Of a DNA stretch of 44,363 bases, positions 18,427 to 27,346 are shown in pieces; position 1 is the first letter of the stretch; each line of letters starts with the position of its first letter. Made by a program: the position numbers and the translations under genes. The notes beneath the pieces are model-generated. The model saw nothing but the letters and a program-made list of their open reading frames with translations, was not told the DNA's origin and searched no databases. The stretch is from IMG/VR virus record IMGVR_UViG_3300017589_000155, positions 1-44,363 of that record; one strand, written 5' to 3'. This stretch comes from a virus (lineage: Duplodnaviria > Caudoviricetes).

Positions 18427-19392
18427 ATGACAATAAAAGAGGCAATTTTAAAAAGCTTAGACGACTTTAGAGGTCTAACAAATTATTTAGAGGTTTCTAA
18501 ACATATTATTGAAAGCAAATATTATGACTTTGGTCCTGCTAAGACTCCATATGCAACAGTTTCGGCTTTACTTGGTGATTTCATTAGAAATGGCGATTCC
18601 AGAGTAAAACGAATAAAGCAAGATTCCGGTACATATTCTTACTATCTTTCGAAATACGAGCAAAATATTGAGATTGAAGTATTAAGTGGCTTAGCGACGA
18701 CAACTACAGCAACAGCAAAAAATGTAAATACAACAATGTATATAGAGCGGGATTTGCATAAACTTTTGAGTAGCTATCTGAAATCAATAGATATTTACTC
18801 TAAAACAATTTTCCACGAACAATCAAAAACAGGAATTGATAGTAACCAAACTTGGACACACCCGGATATTGTTGGCGTTCGCTTTTTAAACTTGCAGAAT
18901 AAAGCCAGCCAAAATCTATTAAAAGCTATAAACAAGGTTGACACTTTTAAACTACATTCTTTCGAAATCAAAAGAGAAATTAGCAGCGATACTGAATTAA
19001 AAAAAGCTTTCTTTCAGGCAGTTTCTAATTCTAGTTGGGCGAACTATGGATATTTAGTGGCGTTTGAGTTTAGTGATAGTTTGATTGAAGAAATGGAACG
19101 GCTTAATCAATCCTTCGGCATTGGGATCATTGAACTAAATGCAAATCCTTATCAAAGCAAAGTTTTATTTCAACCAAAGTATCGTAGCCTTGACTTTAAA
19201 ACAGTTGACAAACTCTGCAAAATCAGCAAGGAATTTGAAAAGTTCATCGCATTGATAGAAACGTTAATGAATGCTGAAGAAAGATATTACAAATCAATGG
19301 AAAAAGAACTAAATGAGTATTGTGATGCCTATTTTGATAACGATACTGAAGCTGAAATTTACTGCAAGGAGAAGCGCATCCCTATCAAGTAA
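18427..19392 (+). CDS. HARE-HTH plus restriction-endonuclease-like protein (COG2958/HrgA-like)
   Basis: N-terminal MTIKEAI...KTPYATVSA HTH; ERDLH, WTHPDIVG, SFEIK, FFQAVSNSSWANYGYLV form a PD-(D/E)xK fold. Confidence 0.8.
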   Translation: MTIKEAILKSLDDFRGLTNYLEVSKHIIESKYYDFGPAKTPYATVSALLGDFIRNGDSRVKRIKQDSGTYSYYLSKYEQNIEIEVLSGLATTTTATAKNVNTTMYIERDLHKLLSSYLKSIDIYSKTIFHEQSKTGIDSNQTWTHPDIVGVRFLNLQNKASQNLLKAINKVDTFKLHSFEIKREISSDTELKKAFFQAVSNSSWANYGYLVAFEFSDSLIEEMERLNQSFGIGIIELNANPYQSKVLFQPKYRSLDFKTVDKLCKISKEFEKFIALIETLMNAEERYYKSMEKELNEYCDAYFDNDTEAEIYCKEKRIPIK

Positions 19393-19570
19393 AGCTTTTG
19401 ACAGGGGGGAATTATCTGAACTAGAAGACCAAACGCAGTAAGTTCTGTACAACTTTTCCGCTCACAAAAATTTCAATATATTAATATTTGCAAAATATTG
19501 GTTTATTATCAACTCATTAGTAGAAAAACGTAAATTTGCTGGAAGAAAATTTTGAATAAAAACAAACGTA

Positions 19571-20242
19571 GTGACGAACGAAACAATAAAAGAAAGACAA
19601 GTAAAATCTAAGAAGAGGGTAACCGATCATGGAGAAGTGTTTACAAACGTTCGTGAAGTAAATGCAATGCTTGACTTAGTGAAGCAAGAAACTGAACGCA
19701 TTGATTCTCGTTTCTTAGAACCAGCCTGTGGTAATGGCAACTTCTTAGCGGAAGTATTGAGAAGAAAATTAACAGTAATTGACAGTCGATACAGCAAAAG
19801 TCAATTGGAATGGGAACGATATACTGTGATTGGTATATCTAGTATATATGGTGTTGATATTTTGGAAGATAACGCCCAAGAATGCAGAGAAAGGCTTTAT
19901 AAAATCTTTGATGAAATATATTCTTCATTGTTTAAAGACAATTGTAAAAAAGAATGTCGCAGAAGTATTAAATTTATTCTGAACAGAAATATTCTTTGGG
20001 GAGACGCCTTAGATTTTACAAATCCCAAAACAAAAGCACCAATAGTTTTTTCAGAATGGGGCGCTGTAAACGGAAGTTTGCTCAAACGAAGAGATTACAT
20101 ATTTAAATTTTTGGTTGAAAAAACACACCAGTTTTCTCTATTTAATGACGAAGGAAACGCAGCTGCCATTGATGAACCAGTAAAGGATTTCCCACTTATT
20201 CATTTCTTAAAACTTGGCGATGATGATACAAACGAACTATAA
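19571..20242 (+). CDS. Short N6-adenine methyltransferase-like subunit (SAM-binding half)
   Basis: GEVFT, FLEPACGNGNFL, IYGVDI, NILWGDAL; no NPPY motif. Confidence 0.75.
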   Translation: MTNETIKERQVKSKKRVTDHGEVFTNVREVNAMLDLVKQETERIDSRFLEPACGNGNFLAEVLRRKLTVIDSRYSKSQLEWERYTVIGISSIYGVDILEDNAQECRERLYKIFDEIYSSLFKDNCKKECRRSIKFILNRNILWGDALDFTNPKTKAPIVFSEWGAVNGSLLKRRDYIFKFLVEKTHQFSLFNDEGNAAAIDEPVKDFPLIHFLKLGDDDTNEL

Positions 20243-21788
20243 CCCTGATGTACTTTCTTGTCTTGCCAACCTTAGCAATGACGAAGTTTTTACACCTCCC
20301 AGTTTAGTAAATGACATTTTGGATTTGCTCCCAGCCAGACTTTGGGTCAACCCGAATTCAAAATTTTTGGATCCTGTTTCTAAAAGCGGTGTCTTCCTCC
20401 GTGAAATGGCAAAGAGATTAATGAAAGGTCTGGAATCTAGGATTCCTGATAAACAGGAGCGCATCAATCACATTTTCACCCAACAGCTTTATGGAATTGC
20501 TATAACAGAGTTGACATCCTTACTTTCTCGCAGAAGCGTATACTGTTCCAAAACGGCCAATGGCAAATACTCCGTTTGCGAATCCTTCGACAATGAGCAA
20601 GGGAATATCCGATACGAGCGAATGAAACACACCTGGAAAAACGGAAAGTGTACTTACTGCGGAGCAAGTCAGTATGTATATGACCGAGAAGATACCTTAG
20701 AAACATACGCTTACAATTTTATTCACACAGAAAAACCGTACAACATATTCAATATGAAATTTGACGTTATAGTCGGAAATCCACCTTATCAATTGAGTGA
20801 TGGAAGTGGAGGAAGCAGCGATAGTGCTATTCCTGTATATAATAAATTCATTGAACAGGCAATCAACCTTAATCCGAAATATTTGGTGATGATTACGCCA
20901 TCAAAGTGGATGTTTGGCGGAAGAGGTTTACAGAAATTCCGCGAAAAGATGGTTTTGGACAAAAGGATAAAATCAATTTATGACTTTGAAAATGCATCGG
21001 ATTGTTTTCCTGGATTACATATTGATGGAGGGGTGAGCTATTTTCTATGGGAGAAAGATTATTCTGGTATGACAGAATACTACTTCAAAGCTAATAACGG
21101 GTCCTTCAATAAATCTTTTCGTTACCTAAAAAACAACTATTTCGAATATGTTATTAGAGATAATAGGGCAATTTCAATAATTGAAAAGGTATTAAATGGC
21201 AAAAGTTTTTCCGAAATTGTATCTCTAACAAGACCTTACGGAATAAGAAACTATTTATTTAACGAACCGCAAAGATATCCAGATTCTAATTTACAATTTG
21301 AACCCTTTAATAATAGTTTAAAAGTTTTTGGTGTAAAGGGTATCAAAGGAGGAGCAAGAAGAATAGTAGGTTATATTTCTCCAACTATTGCGACGAACAA
21401 CCTAGAATCAATTAATAAATACAAAATATTTTTCACAACGAGTTATTCCACTAATGCAATAAATCCCCCAGAGATAATACTGGGTGAACCAGGCTCAATA
21501 TGCACTGAAACATTCTTATTAATTGGCCCTTTTAACAGTGAAAATGAACAATATAATTGTCGAACATATATAGAAACAGATTTTTTTAAAGTGCTTTTGT
21601 ATTTGGGTAAGGGAACCATGCACGTTACAAAGAGTGTTTTTGGGCTTATTCCTATACAAGACTTTACTGAATCATGGACTGACGTAAAGTTATACGAAAA
21701 ATACGGCTTAACGAAAGCGGAAATTGCGTTTATTGAAAATATGATTCGCCCAATGGATATAAATTATAAAGACAAAAATGACATTTAA
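20220..21788 (+). CDS. Eco57I-like amino-DNA methyltransferase with target recognition domain
   Basis: DEVFTP, degenerate motif I (FLDPVSKSG), FDVIVGNPPY, MITPSKW, C-terminal TRD-like region. ATG at 20220 or 20223 preferred over the track's TTG at 20214. Confidence 0.85.
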   Translation: MMIQTNYNPDVLSCLANLSNDEVFTPPSLVNDILDLLPARLWVNPNSKFLDPVSKSGVFLREMAKRLMKGLESRIPDKQERINHIFTQQLYGIAITELTSLLSRRSVYCSKTANGKYSVCESFDNEQGNIRYERMKHTWKNGKCTYCGASQYVYDREDTLETYAYNFIHTEKPYNIFNMKFDVIVGNPPYQLSDGSGGSSDSAIPVYNKFIEQAINLNPKYLVMITPSKWMFGGRGLQKFREKMVLDKRIKSIYDFENASDCFPGLHIDGGVSYFLWEKDYSGMTEYYFKANNGSFNKSFRYLKNNYFEYVIRDNRAISIIEKVLNGKSFSEIVSLTRPYGIRNYLFNEPQRYPDSNLQFEPFNNSLKVFGVKGIKGGARRIVGYISPTIATNNLESINKYKIFFTTSYSTNAINPPEIILGEPGSICTETFLLIGPFNSENEQYNCRTYIETDFFKVLLYLGKGTMHVTKSVFGLIPIQDFTESWTDVKLYEKYGLTKAEIAFIENMIRPMDINYKDKNDI

Positions 21789-21790
21789 AT

Positions 21791-22372
21791 TTGAATCCCT
21801 CAAGACAAATATCAAATATGTGGTGCATTAGTCGGTATAAGAATGACAATAACAAAATTGTAGAAGAAATACAATATCAATTTTATAGTTATTGTAATTC
21901 AACAATTTTTGATTTGATAAAAATATCTGTTTTAGATAAAGAATATTGTAAGTTGTATTTCGATAATATCGAAAGAGAGAATATGCGTGAGATTGATTCG
22001 TGTGATCATCGCTTATTACAAACTTGTCATGATAGTTTAGCTGCTGTTTTTAGATATTATGTTTCAATAGGTAAATACGAAAGTTTAATTTTTGAAATTT
22101 CTAATCAAGAAATTCGAAGTTTCTTTGACAGCATATATGTTGACACAAAATTCCTTGATGTCATAGACGAAAAATATTGGTTTTTAAATAAATATTGGTA
22201 CGACTTTGTTATTGATGAGATAAATAGCAACTATGATATGGTTCGAGAATTAGCAAAAGCAACTTTAATTTACTCAAAGGGAGATGATAATAGAGAATTA
22301 AGATGGAAATCATCCTATAATGCAGCAAATTCTGTTAAGGATAAATATTTTAATGTCCCTTGGTTATTATAA
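21791..22372 (+). CDS. Hypothetical protein within the R-M-like operon
   Basis: 193 aa, very AT-rich; start uncertain (TTG 21791 or ATG 21818). Confidence 0.6.
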   Translation: MNPSRQISNMWCISRYKNDNNKIVEEIQYQFYSYCNSTIFDLIKISVLDKEYCKLYFDNIERENMREIDSCDHRLLQTCHDSLAAVFRYYVSIGKYESLIFEISNQEIRSFFDSIYVDTKFLDVIDEKYWFLNKYWYDFVIDEINSNYDMVRELAKATLIYSKGDDNRELRWKSSYNAANSVKDKYFNVPWLL

Positions 22373-22378
22373 CTAATA

Positions 22379-24883
22379 ATGAACAATAAAGAATTTTTTC
22401 CACCCAGGCCATCTACCAATCCCACCATTTATGCGTATGAATTGGTTGGGGTTACCACGCATTCGGGTTTACTCAAAATTGGCTTTACCGACCGTGATGC
22501 CAAAAGACGTATTAAAGAACAATTGGGCACAGCTGCCATTCAACATAAAATTGTGTTTGAAGAATCGGCAATGAAACGAGACGGCTGTTCCTTTACTGAC
22601 CATGACATACACCGCCACTTGCGCAAAAAAGGTTTTGCCAATCCTGAAGGAGAATGGTTTAAATGCAATCTCAACGATTTACGCAGAGTCATTCACGAAA
22701 TCAAGACAGGTGAGCGTACCGAAGAAAATCGAGTGCTTACATTTGGTATGCGACCCGAGCAGAAAGAAGCCGTTAAAAAATCAATAGACTATTTCAATAG
22801 TTTCAAAAAAGAGAATAATGACAAAACCCCGCACTTTTTGTGGAATGCCAAAATGCGTTTTGGAAAAACTTTTGCCAGTTATCAATTGGCAAAGAAAATG
22901 GGTTGGACAAAAATACTTGTACTCACATTCAAACCAGCCGTGCAATGTGCCTGGGAAGAAGATTTATTGTCCCATGTAGATTTTGAAGGTTGGCAATTTA
23001 TCTCTCGCAACGGCCGTTCGTTTGAAGATGCTAACACTAAAAAGCCTATTGTTTGTTTTGGCTCGTTTCAGGATTATTTGGGAAAAAACGATGTTGGTGG
23101 AATAAAGTCGAGAAATGAGTGGGTTCATGCTACCAATTGGGATTGTGTAATTTTTGATGAATACCATTACGGAGCCTGGCGGGAAAATGCGAAAGAGCTC
23201 TTTGAGGCAGAAAGTAAAAAGGAAATAGAATTCGGAGAAGGCGAGGGTATTGAGTATTTCGATGAAGAAGCAATGCCCATCACTACCAATCACTATTTGT
23301 ATTTATCGGGAACGCCTTTCCGTGCAATCGCTTCTGGAGAGTTCATAGAAGAACAGATTTTCAACTGGACCTACTCGGACGAGCAAAAAGCAAAAGAGAA
23401 TTGGACTGGTGCAAACAATCCTTATGCTGCCTTACCAAGAATGGTTATGCTCACTTATCAATTGCCCGATTCCATCCGGCAAATTGCGATGCAAGGTGAG
23501 TTCGATGGGTTTGATTTGAATGTTTTCTTTTCTGCCGAAGGCGAACAACGTACAGCCCGTTTCAAATACGAAGACGAAGTGCAAAAATGGCTTGACCTGA
23601 TACGGGGTTCATTCAGCGAAACTACCATTGACAACTTGAAAATGGGGGCAAAGAAACCACCGTTACCGTTTTCACACGCTCCATTATTGAAAGTTCTGAA
23701 CCACACTTTTTGGTTTTTACCAACGGTTGCGGCTTGTAATGCTATGGCAAATTTGCTCAAGCAACGCCAAAATAAATTCTACCACGATTATACTATAGTA
23801 GTTGCCGCAGGCACACACGCAGGCATTGGAGTTCACGCATTGCCTCCAGTGCAAGATGCTATGACTGATAATCCGTTGGAATCAAAAACGATTACACTTT
23901 CATGTGGCAAACTTACCACAGGGGTTACGGTAAAACCTTGGACAGGCATCTTTATGCTACGTAATTCTTCCAGTCCGGAAACCTATTTTCAGGCTGCTTT
24001 CAGGGTTCAATCTCCCTGGACAATCAAAAACCCGGATAGCAAATCTCCTAACAAAGAAGAAATTTTAAAAGAAGAATGCTATGTTTTCGACTTTGCACCC
24101 GACCGCGCATTGAGACAAATAGCCGATTATAGTTGCCGTCTGAACTTAAACGAATCTAATCCCGAAACAAAAGTTGCTGAATTTATAAACTTCTTGCCTG
24201 TATTGGCTTATGACGGTAGTTCAATGAAACAAGTTGACGCAGCTGGAATCTTGGATATGGCAATGAGCGGAACAACAGCAACACTTTTAGCAAGAAGATG
24301 GGAAAGTGCATTGCTAGTAAATGTTGACAACAACACGCTTGCCCGCTTGATTGCGAATGAAGATGCAATGAAAGCGTTAATGAGTATTGAGGGTTTCAGA
24401 AATTTGAATCAGGATATTGACACGATAATCAACAAATCGGAAGCAGTTAAAAAAGTAAAGAAAGAAGCCAACGAAAGAGAGCTTGACAAGGAAGAAATTA
24501 AAGAACTTTCAAAAGAAGAAAAGGAGTACAAAAGCCTAAGAAAACAAATACAGGATAAGCTTATTAAGTTTGCAACTCGAGTTCCTGTATTTATGTACCT
24601 GACAGACTACAGAGAAAGAAGCCTGAAAGACGTAATTATCCAACTTGAACCGGGACTTTTTAAAAAAGTTACGGGCTTGACTTTAAAAGATTTTGAATTA
24701 TTGGTTAGCCTTGGCGTTTTTAATTCTGCATTAATGAATGATGCTGTGTATAAATTCAAACGCTATGAAGATGCAAGTTTGGAATATGTTGGAGTAAACA
24801 AGCACGAAGGAGAAAATATTGGACTATACGACACTGTTATAAGTCGTAAAGATTATGAAGGAAGTTTTGTAAATGAAGATTAA
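22379..24883 (+). CDS. GIY-YIG (T5orf172-like) nuclease plus SF2 (ResIII-like) helicase
   Basis: IYAY...LKIGFT..R...EWF nuclease; AKMRFGKT, IFDEYH, LSGTP and QAAFRVQ helicase motifs. Confidence 0.85.
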   Translation: MNNKEFFPPRPSTNPTIYAYELVGVTTHSGLLKIGFTDRDAKRRIKEQLGTAAIQHKIVFEESAMKRDGCSFTDHDIHRHLRKKGFANPEGEWFKCNLNDLRRVIHEIKTGERTEENRVLTFGMRPEQKEAVKKSIDYFNSFKKENNDKTPHFLWNAKMRFGKTFASYQLAKKMGWTKILVLTFKPAVQCAWEEDLLSHVDFEGWQFISRNGRSFEDANTKKPIVCFGSFQDYLGKNDVGGIKSRNEWVHATNWDCVIFDEYHYGAWRENAKELFEAESKKEIEFGEGEGIEYFDEEAMPITTNHYLYLSGTPFRAIASGEFIEEQIFNWTYSDEQKAKENWTGANNPYAALPRMVMLTYQLPDSIRQIAMQGEFDGFDLNVFFSAEGEQRTARFKYEDEVQKWLDLIRGSFSETTIDNLKMGAKKPPLPFSHAPLLKVLNHTFWFLPTVAACNAMANLLKQRQNKFYHDYTIVVAAGTHAGIGVHALPPVQDAMTDNPLESKTITLSCGKLTTGVTVKPWTGIFMLRNSSSPETYFQAAFRVQSPWTIKNPDSKSPNKEEILKEECYVFDFAPDRALRQIADYSCRLNLNESNPETKVAEFINFLPVLAYDGSSMKQVDAAGILDMAMSGTTATLLARRWESALLVNVDNNTLARLIANEDAMKALMSIEGFRNLNQDIDTIINKSEAVKKVKKEANERELDKEEIKELSKEEKEYKSLRKQIQDKLIKFATRVPVFMYLTDYRERSLKDVIIQLEPGLFKKVTGLTLKDFELLVSLGVFNSALMNDAVYKFKRYEDASLEYVGVNKHEGENIGLYDTVISRKDYEGSFVNED

Positions 24884-25154
24884 CAAAACCAATACATTTT
24901 AAAGCAAATAGCATATTTCTGCAACCAAAGAGATCTCTTTCTTTGTTTTTTTGTCGTTGTTCTATATTGATAAAATAGCCTTTTATTCAGGGTTCTCGCT
25001 TGCTTGCAACTCTTGTGATTGTTAGTTGACTCATTGCTCTGTTTATCGTCGTTATTGATAATTATTCCGGTGGGGGTGTGAGTTCTGTTCGACTTAATTC
25101 ATTTTCCTCCAGAGTTACTTTTTCAGTGATTTTTAATATAATTCTGGTTTTATC

Positions 25155-25283
25155 AATGCAAAGGTTATCAAATGCCTTGGGCCTTATACAAGGTCGGGCT
25201 GGAGTTTTGGTAACAATCTCCACACTTTCAGGTAGTATTCTTTCAAAAACCTTGTTACGGCTGTCATTTACCTTTTGGGCATT
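25155..25283 (+). promoter_or_regulatory. Long imperfect hairpin element 1, Frpo/ssi-like
   Basis: AATGC/GCATT, AAAGGT/ACCTTT, ACAAGGT/ACCTTGT, TTTTG/CAAAA; core AATCTCCAC-N8-GTAGTATT at 25215-25239. Confidence 0.7.
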
Positions 25284-25322
25284 CGTTAAAACACTTAATT
25301 ATTTAAATCAAAATCAACTATT

Positions 25323-25754
25323 ATGAAAAAGAACTATGTACGCCTGGAAGGAAATGTTGGATTCGACCCAAGAGTAAACACACTGGAAACCGGCTCAACC
25401 GTGATGAGATTATCAATTGCAACAGACGAAAGCTACAAAAACAGAGCTGGAGAATTCGTCAGGGAAACTGTATGGCACAATGTAGTTGCTTGGGAAAGCA
25501 AAACACTCCCCCAGTTCTCCACTATCCATAAAGGAACAGGCCTTATCGTTATCGGGAAAATCAAACCGGTACAATACACAACAAAAACAGGGGTGGAAAG
25601 AAGTACTTACGAGATCGTTGCTTCAGAAATACAATTTACTGCCGACACTACAAACGACATCATTGATGCCCTCAAAGAAATTGAAACTCCTAAAGAAGCT
25701 ACCCTCAAAGAGTACGCTCCAGCAGCTACCAAGAGCAGAAAGAAAGCTAAATAG
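25323..25754 (+). CDS. ssb: Single-stranded DNA-binding protein
   Basis: NYVRLEGNVGFDP...SIATDESY...WHNVVAW...KG..L.V.G.I OB fold; lacks the acidic tail. Confidence 0.92.
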   Translation: MKKNYVRLEGNVGFDPRVNTLETGSTVMRLSIATDESYKNRAGEFVRETVWHNVVAWESKTLPQFSTIHKGTGLIVIGKIKPVQYTTKTGVERSTYEIVASEIQFTADTTNDIIDALKEIETPKEATLKEYAPAATKSRKKAK

Positions 25755-25773
25755 CTCCCACTTTCCCTTAAAG

Positions 25774-25803
25774 AAAGCCGGTCATTGACTGGCTTTTTTT
25801 TTT
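25774..25803 (+). terminator. Intrinsic terminator after ssb
   Basis: AAAGCCGGTCA-t-TGACTGGCTTT plus a long T run. Confidence 0.8.
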
Positions 25804-26034
25804 GTTTATTGGTTACACTAGTTCAGTCTTTATGGATGCTCTTTTTCGTTATTAACCCTGATGGCACTTATTGATTTATTCCGGGATTAAATATCATCTT
25901 CACTGATAGTATTTATAGCATGGGCAATACTTTACATTTCTCTAATCCGGGATGATTGGTTTATATGTATGTGACTGCTATTTGAAACATTTTGTGTTTA
26001 TTTCCATTCGCTTATTCTTTGTTCCTGTTTATAA

Positions 26035-26160
26035 AGGCAAAGGTATTTACGTTCATTACTTTACAACAAGTTCGTGCATAGTTTTATTAACAATCTCCAC
26101 TCTTGCAGGTAGTATTCTTACTAAAAAACTGGTTTCATTATTCTCTACCCTTTGATGCCT
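26035..26160 (+). promoter_or_regulatory. Long imperfect hairpin element 2, Frpo/ssi-like
   Basis: AGGC/GCCT, CAAAG/CTTTG, GGTA/TACC, TTTTA/TAAAA; core at 26092-26116. Confidence 0.7.
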
Positions 26161-26185
26161 ATATAAATCATTAACAATAAGCATC

Positions 26186-26365
26186 ATGAAAACAACAATG
26201 TACAAAATCGAACTTTCAAAAAGAGAAGCAGTTATCTACACAATGACAACCAAAGGAGCTATCCTAGCTGAGAAATACGTTTCAGTAAATGAAGCCCAAA
26301 GGTTCGCTAGAATGAATGGCCTATCAGTTATGGAAGATGATGGAGAATTGAAATCTTACTGGTAA
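26186..26365 (+). CDS. Small hypothetical protein (59 aa), absent from the ORF track
   Basis: MKTTMYKIELSKREAVIYTMTTKGAILAEKYVSVNEAQRFARMNGLSVMEDDGELKSYW*; same position relative to the hairpin as ssb and radC. Confidence 0.75.
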   Translation: MKTTMYKIELSKREAVIYTMTTKGAILAEKYVSVNEAQRFARMNGLSVMEDDGELKSYW

Positions 26366-26383
26366 ATCAATACAAAGAGACTG

Positions 26384-26403
26384 CCCTGATATCAGGGTTT
26401 TTT
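26384..26403 (+). terminator. Intrinsic terminator
   Basis: CCCTGATATCAGGG palindrome followed by TTTTTT. Confidence 0.65.
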
Positions 26404-26560
26404 CTTACTCAAAGTATAATTGCTGACTAGTTGATTCGTTGTTGTTCGTGATTGGCTTATTCTCTTATTAAAAGTTACTGAAAATCTCTTCGGTTATATT
26501 GAAGTTCGGACTCATTGATTTTGGCCTTCCGGTAGTTGAATTTCACTTTCATATTGTTTT

Positions 26561-26704
26561 GTGAATTGTTGGCAAAGGTGGTTCGCTCACATGTCGATTG
26601 TAGCAAGAACAGGCTTTGTTTACAGGATAATCTCCACTTCTGCGAGTAGTATTTTCCTTTAAATTCTTGCATATCGGTTCACTCTCTCCCGGCCACAAAT
26701 TCAC
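26561..26704 (+). promoter_or_regulatory. Long imperfect hairpin element 3, Frpo/ssi-like
   Basis: GTGAATT/AATTCAC, CGAT/ATCG, GCAAGAA/TTCTTGC, TTTA/TAAA, AGGA/TCCT; core at 26629-26653. Confidence 0.7.
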
Positions 26705-26719
26705 TTAAAACAATCTATC

Positions 26720-27331
26720 ATGAAAGCCTTAAAAGAAATTCAAACAATCTACCATCAGTCGGGAGTAAAATCATTAGATGATAAAGACCTCCTTCACCTT
26801 CTTGGAGTCAACCTTGAAGAATGCAATTTTCTAGAACTATTTAATTCAACCCACGAATCACTTCTGAGAAAAGGGGTCACCCCGGGAGCTGCTTTAAAAA
26901 TACGTGCACTATCGGAGGTGGCTCATAGATACTCAACAACTCCTATACAGGAACTTCCTTCCATATCATCTTCAAGCTCCGCGGCTAAAATTATTTCTCC
27001 CTTCCTTAAACATCTTCCCCACGAGGAGTGCTGGGTGTTATACCTAAACAGGGGAAACAAGCTAATTTCAAAAGAGCGGCTCTCAGTTGGTGGCGTTACT
27101 GCAACTGTCGTTGACATTAAGCTCATAATGAAGAGAGCTCTTGAACTTCTAGCTTGTAGTATAATTTTAGTGCATAACCACCCATCTGGGAACAACAAGC
27201 CCGGAGAGAATGATAGAACACAAACAAAGTTGCTGAAGGATGCCGCAAATTTCTTTGATATCAATCTCCTTGACCACTTAATTATAGCCGGCGATAGCTT
27301 CTTTAGCTTTGCAGATGATGGTATAATCTAA
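26720..27331 (+). CDS. radC: RadC-family JAB-domain protein
   Basis: HEECWVLYLN...GG...T.VD...ILVHNHPSG...D...LLDHLII...FFSFAD. Confidence 0.92.
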   Translation: MKALKEIQTIYHQSGVKSLDDKDLLHLLGVNLEECNFLELFNSTHESLLRKGVTPGAALKIRALSEVAHRYSTTPIQELPSISSSSSAAKIISPFLKHLPHEECWVLYLNRGNKLISKERLSVGGVTATVVDIKLIMKRALELLACSIILVHNHPSGNNKPGENDRTQTKLLKDAANFFDINLLDHLIIAGDSFFSFADDGII

Positions 27332-27346
27332 GACTCAAATGCAATT

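Noticed and set aside
25215-26653. Possible CRISPR array from the repeated 25-nt core
   Set aside because: Only three copies, 500-900 bp apart with genes between them, and no cas genes.
25078-26672. ORFs 25078-25326, 25952-26155 and 26475-26672; the first two share TISTL(S/A)GSIL
   Set aside because: The shared peptide is a by-product of the conserved hairpin core. The pattern of conservation fits base pairing rather than codons.
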